DNA from: Dimorphilus gyrociliatus
Lineage: Eukaryota; Animalia; Annelida
Direction: 5' to 3'
NCBI GenBank assembly: GCA_904063045.1
Contig: CAJFCJ010000176.1
Location: 1 to 37,071, forward strand
Length of the DNA stretch: 37,071 nucleotides
The notes under the pieces were generated by a model. The model was given only the letters and a program-made list of their open reading frames with translations, was not told where the DNA came from and did no database searches. A program made the translations under genes and the position numbers. Below are positions 24,269-34,890 of this stretch, piece by piece. The stretch's first letter is position 1, and each line of letters opens with the position of its first letter.

Positions 24269-25206
24269 ATTACCTGTGAATCTTTGCATTATACATTATA
24301 AATATCGGATTATTTATACCAGAATCCCTGCAAACCTCTACTAATCTTAAAATAAAATTTTTAAAATCCTCACCATTGATAGAACCTCTTTTTACTTCAT
24401 AAATTAAAACTTTTTCTGGGGTTATTGCTGAAAAAACACTATGATTGACCCTTCTCACAGATTTTACTTCACTATATGCTGAAGTTCCTACTTTAGATCT
24501 TCCTCTTTTTACTCTTATCGATAAAGAAAATCCCACTTCGTCTATAAAAATAAATGAGCTAAATGTATGTGATGCTAAAAGATTAGAGAACTCATTTTCA
24601 TATATTTTTCTAAAATTTATAGTTCTTTCTGTGTTTCTTGAAGCTGAAATAACGAAAAGAGTTTTTATAGAATAATGTAATTTATTGAGCACTCGATCGA
24701 TAGTACTAAAAGATGCTTTAATCTCGAATTTCTGGTAGAGTAACTCTGATAATTTTTTTAAAGTTAGAGTGGCATCGTTATTTAATAGGTCCTCTAAATA
24801 TTCCCTATGTTCACTGGACAGTAGGCTTTTTCTATCACCGCCCTTATTTTTTGGTGTTAATATTCCTATTTTTTTTATAATTTTGTAAGATTCTGTGAAC
24901 ACTAGACTTGGTAAATCAAGAATAACAAAAATTCCATTTATATTTTTTAGCTGATATGTATATAAATGAATTATTCTTTCTCTGTTTTCAAGTGTAATTA
25001 TTTTATATTTTTAGGTCATGGGTATTTTAAAAAAATCCCAATTTGATTGCAAAAAATTACTTTTTTTAATATTTTAATCCCCCTTGGAAAATCCCAAATT
25101 GACCGAAAAAAATCCCAATTTGATCGGGAACCCTTATAAAATGAATTTAATAAAGATTATAATTAAATATAACGAATTTGTTGTCGAAAATAAAATAAGA
25201 TATGTA

Positions 25207-26628
25207 CAGTGAGGGACAAAAAATGGGACACCCTAAAAATAAGTTAAAAAAAAGTATAGCTAAAATATAAAATAGTGATATAGTCTTGTGTTAATTAAAT
25301 AAAAATTTTTATAATTCATTATTTTAAGGTCATATTTTCGGCGGTATTTGATGGATTTTGTAAAAAACAGGGACAAGTAAATGAGACACTTATTAAAAAA
25401 TACAATTTAATACTTAGTACGTCCTCCTTTCATGTTAAATACAGCTTCTGCTCTTCTTGGCATACTATCGATAAGCTTTCTTATATATGCTAATGGTATA
25501 TTATTCCATATTTGGGGGATTTCCTCTTTTAGTTGGTTGATTGATTTTATCTGTATTTTTTATAGCTAATATTCTATACCCCCATACGTGTTCTATTGGG
25601 TTCAAATCTGAGCTTTGGGCTGGCCATTCTAATAATTTAATGTTCTTTTCGGCGAAACTCCATTGTTAGCTTGATTTATGACATGGAGCGTTATCTCGTT
25701 GGAAGATATGGTCTTTTATCAGGCGGTTGGTTCTTTTAATTCGAAAATATTTCATAATAGACTAATATACTTGATGGATTTCATTGTTCCTTCAATGAAA
25801 GTTAACTCACTTACACCTTATAGCTAATATAGTCCACACACCATTACACCACCTCCACCAAATTTTACAGTTTTACTGTATTTGCATCATGGTACTCAGA
25901 ATTTATTTTTCTATACACTATAACTCCTTTGTAGCTATTAGATAAGCAAAATTTGCTTTCATCACTATTGAATAAAATCTTTTTTGAGAAATTTAGTCTT
26001 TGCAGTCTATGTAGACGAGATAAGAAAGGCGTTCTCCGTGCTATTCTAGCATGTATTCCTTTACTCTTTAAATATCGTATAACTGTTTTTTTTGATACAT
26101 GAATATTAGCTTTTTCTTCAAGCTTTCTTGCTAATTGACTTCCTACTAACCTTGGTTTTTCTTCTGATATTTTTTGTAAAACATCTATTTGGTCACTATC
26201 GAGCGAAGGCGCCTACCAGAACCTTTTTTTCTAAATATATCTTCATTATCCTTGATTTTTTTACAATTCTTCCTATAATTGATTTACTTATTTAGATTAT
26301 CTCTGAGATTTTTCTGATAGAATACTTTGCTTTCCTTAGTCCTAAAACCGCCTCAAATCTCTATTTACTAATATGTTTTGCCATAGGGTATAAGTTTTAA
26401 GGTATTTTATGAAAATTTTTAGCTCATTTTATAACTGTTTAATAAGTGTCCCTTTTTTTTATCCCTCTTTTTTACAAAATACATCAAATCCCAACAAAAA
26501 TATGACCTTAAAAATAATGAATTGTAAAATTTTTTATTTAATTAATAAAAGACTACATAGCTATTTTACACTATCACCCTTTTTTGTAACTCATTTTTTA
26601 GGGTGTCCCATTTTTTTGTCCCTCACTG
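25207..26628 (-). mobile_element. Tc1-like element B, copy 2 (1422 bp)
   Basis: TA|CAGTGAGGGAC...CCCTCACTG|TA; inverted copy of 2520-3940. Confidence 0.95.
25407..26384 (-). pseudogene. Tc1 transposase of element B copy 2
   Basis: Colinear with 2762-3739, including shared lesions. Confidence 0.92.
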
Positions 26629-26679
26629 TATGTATATAATAAATATAAAAAATGATTGTAATAGTAAAAAATTTAATAA

Positions 26680-27566
26680 TTAAATACTTTTAATAAATCA
26701 AGCACTGCATCAGGAAATCTATTTTTATTATTAAATCTAAAACCAAAATTCATTTAGGAAGAATTGTCTATTAGCTGTTTTTATCCCTTTGGAAATAATT
26801 ATTGCTCTTTTTAGTGAACTGTTAAAAGAATCTACAGCCTGTGTATTGATTCCATTAATAAATACTAATTCATATATGTGACACAGAGTATCATGAATAT
26901 ATCCTTCATCAGATAGTGTAGAGTATGTTACATACTCATAAGTATGAATAATGCTACCTGGAGCAATTTGCGATAAAAGAATAGGAAAAATAATAGATCT
27001 TGTTTTATTAGGGATAACTCTTGTAAAGCCTCTAATTATAAAACTTCTTGTTTCTACAATACAAAGAGCGTCCGTACGATTATCTGGCGCTCTTCCACGA
27101 TGCAACTTAACTTTAAAGTTAAGCATTGTTTCATCAGCTTGTACTATTGTACCCGGCTCCCAAATTTATTTGAAGAGAAGTCAATCATCGGAATCATTCT
27201 CTTAAACTTATTGAGGACTCAATCAACCGCGTTTTTACCACAATCAAGACTGCCTTTACTAGAATATACAGGCTGTCTAGCAACATATTTAAGCATAATA
27301 CCTAGTATAAGCCTGGTTTAAACATCCCGACAAAAAAACTACCTTCTCGGACAGAGATATATTTTTTATAATTTCACAAGAAGACTTATAACACATCCAT
27401 GCTAAGCCGTCGTCGCCCTATTAAACTTTGCATGTTTCATACCGTGCCCACAATTACAACATTTTCTCTCACGAACCAATAGCCGATTATGCATACAAAA
27501 TCTAACTATTTTATAGTAACTCACACTAACGTCCAGTAAGAACTGTTCAAGTTGATCAATTGACAT
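26680..27566 (-). pseudogene. Merlin transposase
   Basis: CCNC; HRGRAPDNRTDALCIVE; NTQAVDSF; FLNEFWF. Confidence 0.9.
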
Positions 27567-27994
27567 GTGGGTGTCTTATTTTGCTTTTATACTTTATTTT
27601 CGAATTATGGAGGGAAACAACAATCACTATTTTGTGTGTTAGTTTCTCAATAAATGTTCTGTATAATGTATTTCTACGATATTTCATTTGGAGGGAAAAT
27701 GCATCAAAGATCTAATAAAATTGATTATATCAATTTATAAAAGTATATTAAAAAAGGTTTAGATATTAATCTGTAGTGTATTAATAATATGTATAAGACT
27801 TTTCACAGTTTATTTTAAAATTAAATCAAAAACAAAAAACTATCGATGTGCTATTTTAAATTTTTTTGAAAATAAATCTAATTAAAAAAGTTATAAATTG
27901 AAAAAATAATTTAGATTATGTATAAATTTTATGATTACAAAGGGGTGCAAATTTGGGGAGATAAGGCCTACGGGGTTGAATTTGGTGGGGATCC

Positions 27995-28185
27995 TATAAT
28001 TAAATATATGGCAGAATTCATTCAAAAAGGGTCGACATTTTCCTGTTTGTACGCCTTTTCTAACCTTAATTTCCTTTTATAAGCACTTGTGAAAAAACTC
28101 AATTATTTGAGTATGTATGCCTTTTATGGTACAAAATTGTATTTATGACACAGTGTTTCATACAAATAAGCATCCTCCTTAGTAA
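27995..28185 (-). pseudogene. C-terminal Merlin transposase fragment
   Basis: ETLCHKYNFV...RKGVQTGKCRPFLNEFCH. Confidence 0.75.
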
Positions 28186-28261
28186 TGAAGCCTTCTAGTT
28201 GCTCTTACTAGGCTAACAAATGAAAGTTTAAAAAAATTATTCAATCGTTCAAATGAGCCCC

Positions 28262-29412
28262 ATTTTGTGTAGCATATATAATAAATAAACTCTCAAAACA
28301 TCAATAATTAAATAAAAAATAAAAAAAGTTAATTAAATAACAGTTTATAAATAGCTAAGAGGATTATAATAAATAAAAAAATTCTTTTCCCATTCTATGG
28401 TTATTCTTAAATAAAAAACAGAGTTTAATTAAAAAAGCTAAGCGTTTATCTATCCTTACGGCTTTCCTTATTATTATTACTCTTTTCAAGCAGTTGAATT
28501 TTTTCACAACTGCTTGAGTATGTGTACCGTTTCGGCAATAAATCCATATTTATGACACACAGTGTAATGTAAAAACTCATATTCACTTAATAGTGCTGGC
28601 AATGTGTTCATCTATATGTATAACAGATCTATGTAAATCCTGCTCACAGATAATGAAATAATAGTACTTGCCTTTTTATTTGAATAACATATGAAAAAAC
28701 ACGAGTTTTTCTGTCATTAAACTCTATAATATACAGAAAATCGGTTCTATTGGTAGGTACATTCTCTCTGTAGACTTTAATATTATGAATAAGCATGGTT
28801 TCATTAACCTGGACGATGGTACCACGCCTTCCAGGCTTATTTGTCGTAAAGTCAATCGATGGTATCCCACTTAAAACTTACTGAATACTTTTTCATAGCT
28901 TTTACAACTCATGTTAAAAAAGGGGGATGCTATAAGCATGATATCTGTCGCATACATAAGTTAAATATCCAAGATTGTCCTGACTGGCGTATTACCCCCC
29001 CTTCGAAAAAACTATATGCTCTTATAAAAATATGTTTTTTGTTGCAAAGGCACGCGTTTCGATACCATTTCCATGCTTTACTTCGCGAAGACCTTCTATA
29101 AACAGCCAAATTCATAAAAAAATGGTATATAAAGTATTTAAGATCGACTATTATTAATCGGTTTTGCAACAAGAAATTCTTAAAAGTGTCATCGTATGAT
29201 TTAGTCAAAAATATAAAGAACGATGTTGCACTATTCATTTGAGGTTCACTTCAGTTTTTTGTATTTGTAGTATTATAAAATTTTGGAGGGAAAATATACA
29301 TACGGGATATATTGGATCTACATTTAATTTATGTTTTTTATTTTAAAAAAGATCAAAAAATTGGAGGGAAATTATAAAAAAATCAATCTAATAAAATTTA
29401 CTTAGCTTATTG
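28262..29412 (-). mobile_element. End-less Merlin copy (GGATCATG family); pseudogene ~28350-29238
   Basis: MNSATSFFIFLTKSYDD... is colinear with 14725-15605, including the GGAGGGAAA 5' motifs. Both TIRs are missing. Confidence 0.85.
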
Positions 29413-30155
29413 TCGTATCTCAGCTAATAGGTTCTAAGAGGCTTCTGGAATTAAGTTTCAATTCAGACATAAATAGTTTCCTTCTTTTATAAGTTATGTC
29501 TTTTTATATTCTTTTTGTTCTCAAAACCAGTCCAGTGTTTTCTTCTTCATCCTTAGGCGTCGCTGAACACCTGATTTTAAATTCAAAATAATTTAATAAG
29601 AAATTATTCTTTACTACACAAACAAAGTTATTTCTCATTCAAAAAAGAAGTTCATTCAAGGAAAGAACTGCAAAGTTTAAAGCTAAGATCTCAAGGGTAC
29701 AGAGGGGAACCGCCTCTTCTTTAGAGTTCGTACTTACCTGATATATAAAATCAAGATTTAATAAGTTGCGTAGATCAATTTAAGAATTTAAAGGATCAAT
29801 GTGCCTGGACGGATGCGCAAAGCTTTTTCGTCATTACAACTTTACTATCACACGAAATTATACAACCACTTGATTATAAAAAAATTATAAATCATTCATA
29901 GAAATTTGATTAAGTCGGGAGCTACAAGAAAATCATTACCACTAATACAGAGATGAACTAAATTAAATTAATTTGATAAAATTTAGAGGTGTTAAGGATT
30001 AGATAAAACAGGCTTGTAATTAAAGCTAATGCACGCATTAAAGATCATTCGTTAGGCAGTAAGAAGTGTGGATATTTCGACTTTTTGGATTCCCCGCAGA
30101 ATTACACCCGGGGGCAAATCTAGGGAAGACAATTATATAGGGAAGCAAAATTTTT

Positions 30156-31494
30156 GGATCATGCCTAAAATTTCCCCCCCTATGAGATTTTTACATCCCC
30201 TAATTTATATATAATCTTACAAAATAATCTTTAAATATGATATAACCTTTACATAAAAAAATATCATGAAATAAAAAATATTTTTTTCCCTCCAATTCAT
30301 TACCATTTTAGGATTTACCTCCAATGTTTATAGATTTTTTTGATACGAAATTGAAAAAATATGAAACAAAATGTATTTTTAAGGTTTTTTCAAAGAAAAA
30401 TTTCCCTCCAAAATCACCATAAAAAGTATAAATATTGAAAAAGATCGTACCGTTCATATGTCTAGTGCTGAGTCTCTTTTTAGGTTTTTAATGAATTCCT
30501 CAGATGATAGGTTCATTAATTTTCTATTTGAAAATAGGCTACTAAAAGGCGAAGTTAGCTGTTCATTATGCCTTTCGCATATGAATTTGGCTATTTACAA
30601 AAGGTCGCCCGAGAAGAGAGCCTGGAGGTGTTGTAAAAACTCTTGCATCGGAAATAAAAAATATATTTCCGTTAGTGTAGGTAGGTTGTTTGAAGGCTTT
30701 AGTATGCCGATCAGGAGGATCTTGCAAATCATATTAAAATAACCAACAAGGTGTCCTTATTACAGTATTAAAGAGTTCTTCGATCTTAGTCGAAGTAGTA
30801 TTGAAAAGGTATTACTAAGACTAAGATCGCTAATACCTACGATAAACTTCTCTAGTAATAAACTAGGAGGACCTGGAAAGGTCGTTCAAATTGATAAAAC
30901 TATGTTAAATCATAGTATTAAACAACATAGAGGGCGTGCTCCTCGTAACAGGACAGACTCTCTATGTATAATAGAGTTTAATGAACGAATTACCCGTGCA
31001 AAAGCAAGGGTAATTCCAAATAAAAGAGCCTCTACACTTGTGCCTATTATTTGTAGTCAGGTAGTTAGTGGATCTATAATACACACCGATGAGCACGGTG
31101 CTTATTCACATCTTAGTGAATATAATTTTTCACATGACACAGTGTGTCATACATATAATTTTGTTGCCGAGAATGGCACATATACACAAGCAGTTGAGTC
31201 TTTTCAAAACTGCTTGAAAAGAGAAATTAAGTTGAGAAAGGGCGTTCAAACTAATAAACGTCAAGAATTTTTAAAGTAATATTGCTTTTTTTATAATAAT
31301 AGACATAGAGTAGGAGATGCAGGATTTGATTTAATAAAATTTTTCTAGTATTATTTATTATTTATTATTTATTTGAATTTAAGGTTTTTAATTTTCATTG
31401 TAATTCAAATTTTTCCTCAATTTTTATTTTTTTATAGATTTTTGTTTTGGACTCTTGCTTAAAATTTTCCCCCGGGGGATTTTAAGCATGATCC
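30156..31494 (+). mobile_element. Merlin element (1339 bp), GGATCATG family
   Basis: TIR GGATCATGC(C/T)TAAAAT. Perfect TSD AAATTTTT (30148-30155, 31495-31502). 3' palindrome at 31449-31494. Confidence 0.95.
30458..31348 (+). pseudogene. Merlin transposase with two in-frame nonsense codons and no frameshift
   Basis: TAA at 30740 and 31277. Motifs QIDKT (DET degenerate), IHTDEHG, YTQAVESF. Confidence 0.93.
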
Positions 31495-31847
31495 AAATTT
31501 TTTAGCGAAATGATTGACAAAGAGGGTGTAAATATGAGAAAGTGGCTAATAGAAAGGAGAGATAAGGCCTAGGTGGATAATTTTAGGAGATCCGACTTTT
31601 TTAGAAAGGGACTTCCACGGTACGCCAAACAGGCCATTGCAACAGTCACAAATTACAACACCACCGAAGCAGTTGGACTATTAGAATCTCAGAATATTAA
31701 TTATGAGACTTTGAAGTCCTTTAGGAGCTCTTGCGACGTAAATTTAAGTATGCTGCTAGATCTGAGGAGCTAAGTAAGTTCAAGGAAAATCGTAAAAGAA
31801 ATACTGTCGGTATAATAGGAATAATGTTCATTCTTCGAAACAATATA

Positions 31848-33329
31848 CACTAGTGGTCAAAAAAAACTGGAATTTTCAAAAATCCGATTTAGGTGGTTAA
31901 TTGAGATGATGGAAGTTAAAAACATAAACATCATATAATAGTAATAAATTTCATAATTTTAAATCAAAACTTTATACAATTTTTTTACATTTTTTTCATA
32001 AAATTATAAATTTTTTTAGAAACCTGGACAAAAAAAACTGGAATTTTTATTTTATAAGTAAATAGAAATTTTCCCTCCACATCAATATATAAACCCACCT
32101 TATTATATCCCTTATTATGGGAAGACACCTATCTGACTCTGAAAAAGGTAAGATTTTGGGCTTAAGAGAAGCTGGATTATCGTTGAAGAAAATAGGAGAA
32201 AATCTCAACAGACCGACTTCAACGATATCCTTATTCATCAAAAATTATTTTGAAAGGAATAGTATTGAGAGGAAGCTAGGTTCTGGCCGGAGAAGGTTTT
32301 AAATAAAGGTTCGATCACTAAAATCAAAAACTTGGTGATGTCAAATCCAAAAATCTCCTCAAAAGATATAGTTAAAAAAATTCCAGTAGATGTTTCACCG
32401 AGGACAGTTAGAAGAAGCCTAAATGCAGTTGAATTTTTTGGACGAGTGGCTGCAAAAAGCCCTTTTTGACAAAAAAAAATAAGGTTCTTAGATTAAACTG
32501 GGCATACAAGTATATTAATTACAATGAAGAAGACTGGAATAAGGTAATTTGGAGCGATGAAAGTAGATTTAAGCTCTTTGGATCCGATGGAAGACAATAT
32601 GTATGGAGAACAGTTAATTAAGGCTAGAAAAAGAAATTTACGACCTACTTTTAAGTTTGGAGGTGGAAGTATTATGGCTTGGGGGTGTTTTTACGGTAAA
32701 ACCATTGGAAACTTGTTTTTATAGATGGGAAACTAAATTCCATAGACTATATAGATCTTATTAGTAAAAATCTGTATGATTCCATGTCAGATAAAAGTGT
32801 TTCAGGGTACATTTTCCAACAGGATAATGCACCATGTCATGTTTCTAAAAAAAGTATGGACTATTTTAGAGAAAATAAGGTTGAATTAATGAACTGGCCA
32901 CCACAATCACCGGATTTAAATCCGATAGAGAATGTATGGGCATTTATCAAAAAAGAAATAGTAAAATCTCCGCCAAAAAATATGAAAGAACTAAAGACAC
33001 TAATAGAAAAAATTTGGCAAGAAATCCCTCAAAATTTTTTGAAAAAACTAATAGATGGTATGCATAATAGATGTTTAGAAGTTATTAGGGCGAATGGCGG
33101 TCATATAAGATATTAACCAAAGAGTAAAATCGAATTCCAGTTTTTTTTGACCATTTTTTTTACTTTTGTTTTTTTTTCATCAAAATAACATAAAAAACCT
33201 TTAAATACTATGTAAAAAATATTTATTTATATTTATATAAACTTAAAACATTTTAATTTGTCTTTGGTTTTTTGTATTTACATCAAAAAACAATATAAAA
33301 AAAATTCCAGTTTTTTTTGACCACTAGTG
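31848..33329 (+). mobile_element. Tc1-like element D (short TIR plus inner direct repeats)
   Basis: TA|CACTAGTGGTCAAAAAAAACTGGAATTTT TIR at both ends. Inner CAAAAAAAACTGGAATT repeats near 32029 and 33133. Confidence 0.95.
32117..33116 (+). pseudogene. Tc1 DD34E transposase
   Basis: GSGRR; IWSDESRF; FQQDN-(34 aa counted)-PDLNPIEN; NGGHIRY*. Confidence 0.93.
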
Positions 33330-33897
33330 TATATGATTAGGAAATCTCAAGTTTAATAACTCTCCAACTTGGCCCTATTGTATTCGTATGCAGTGGGCAT
33401 TTTTTTGCTTGAAGACGAAATAGGGGTCAAAAAATCATCTTTTCGGCTGTAGGCGAAAGGAAGTGGGATTTCTAAATATAGAGAAGGAACCTTCTTGAAA
33501 AAATATGTCAAATTGATTTCGTTGAATTAAAAATTTTTCCGATGAAATATATTTTGTAATTGTTCCTCGTAAACTTCACACTATTTTTCGCCCATGAAAA
33601 ATCTCATCAAGACAGTATCGAATAGAAGCAAACCAGTGATGAGTTTGCAGGGAGATTTGTTTGACTTTGAACAAAAATTCGATATTAATAATGATGGAGA
33701 TTCAAAAATCTCATGTGTAGACCCAGGCTAATTACTAAAATCAACCATGAGCCAGAATTTGAAATGATGAATGCTTGTGTAAAAAAAGCATTGTTAAAAG
33801 TTTCTGGTGCCAAAAGCGGTGTGCATCAACTCGCCAGGGGCGAGTTGAAAATTTAATTAAATTTTTTTTTTAAAAAAACAGAAATAAGAAAAATTTT

Positions 33898-34882
33898 GGT
33901 AAAAATTGCTTTCAGGGCCCCCTTAAAATAAAATATTAAAAGAAATAAAAATATAAGTAAATTTAAAATGACATTTTAATAATTTTCATCCGAGACAAAA
34001 TGTCTAAAAATAGATTTTCTTTTTTTAGAAATAAATAATCGTTTATATGTGCGTTTATATTATTCTTTATATTACTACCACGACTTTTTAGGTAGTGTTT
34101 TAACCATCTCCATTGATTTTCAATGTTTTGTGTGTGGATTTCTGGTATATTTTTGTCTTTAAAGTTAGTTTTATGTTTAATTGTAAAATACCCATAATCA
34201 TGATATTTTATGTCATTATATCCTTCCATTCATCGGTTATAATAATGGAAAGTTCTTCTACATGCTTATTGATAATTCTCTGAAGAGTTAATGAATCTCT
34301 TTTTTCTACAACTTCAAAAAAGCATCTTCTTATGGTTCTACAAAGACCACCAACCACCCACAATTGCTCATTACACCTTCCTACATTATATTTTCGCTTA
34401 GTCACAGCACTTTCATCAATCTCTATGACTAAACCAGGTCCCCTATTCTAGCTGAACTGTCAGATGTAATTTTACTCCTTATTAGTGATATAACCGTCTT
34501 ATAAAGTTTATAGTTTACACCATATTGCTCAAATATATCAATCATTGGAGTTTTTATGGACCATTCAAAGATTATGAAAATTATTTTTTTTAATGATGCT
34601 TTTATTTTACTGAAAGAAGAGCCATCACGAATTGAAACCTTACTCTTGCCACATTTTTTTGATTTACACATCCAAATCAAACCATCTATGTTATGATGTG
34701 CTACTAAATTTCTATCAATTTTACATTTTTTACAGAATGATTTTTTTTTCAAAATATTTAATTCAGCTAGCCAAGAAAAAAAAGTGCTCTGATCAATCAT
34801 TTTTTCTTGCAATTGCAACCTTGTTATTGACATTAGGGGTAATATAATCCAATTTTAAGGGGCCCTGAAAGCAATTTTTACC
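33898..34882 (-). mobile_element. Merlin element (985 bp) in the MULE 3' UTR
   Basis: 31-32-bp TIR GGTAAAAATTGCTTTCAGGGCCCC(C)TTAAAAT. TSD AAAATTTT / AAAGTTTT. Confidence 0.94.
33963..34833 (-). pseudogene. Merlin transposase with two frameshifts
   Basis: CKKC...C...C; IEIDES; TKRKYNVGR; ITDEWK; HTQNIENQW. Confidence 0.93.
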
Positions 34883-34890
34883 AAAGTTTT

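Larger units (their letters stand above)
21852..25019 (-). pseudogene. IS630-like transposase, split (25019-24270 and 22103-21852)
   Basis: KGGDR, FIFIDEVGF, IMYNAKIH, then LYLPLYPPFL..IENAFSKWKNYVKR...CKAGEEILE*. Confidence 0.9.
21719..25134 (-). mobile_element. IS630-like Tc1/mariner element interrupted by a Merlin-bounded block (22104-24268)
   Basis: TA-flanked 27-bp TIR (G/A)GGG(G/T)TCCCGATCAAATTGGGATTTTTT, with internal AAAAAATCCCAATTTGAT repeats near the 5' end. Confidence 0.88.
21670..27994 (-). mobile_element. Merlin element (~1.48 kb net) carrying an IS630-like and a Tc1 B insertion in its 3' region
   Basis: 3' end GGGTCACTTCCCAAATTCGCACCCCAGGGGG with a hairpin. 5' end (reverse complement) GGATCCCCACCAAATTCAACCCCGTAGGCCTTATCTC. 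Both ends match the MITE at 30087-31593. No TSD. Confidence 0.65.
30087..31593 (-). mobile_element. 160-bp Merlin-type MITE hosting Merlin 30156-31494
   Basis: Perfect 8-bp TSD GACTTTTT (30079-30086, 31594-31601). Ends GGATTCCCC... and ...GGAGATCC, homologous to the ends of 21670-27994. Confidence 0.82.

Noticed and set aside
13616-31348. Stop-codon reassignment explaining the in-frame TAA/TAG codons
   Set aside because: The stops align to different residues in paralogues (Y at 30740, E at 31277, S near 13715) and frameshifts are common, which indicates decay.
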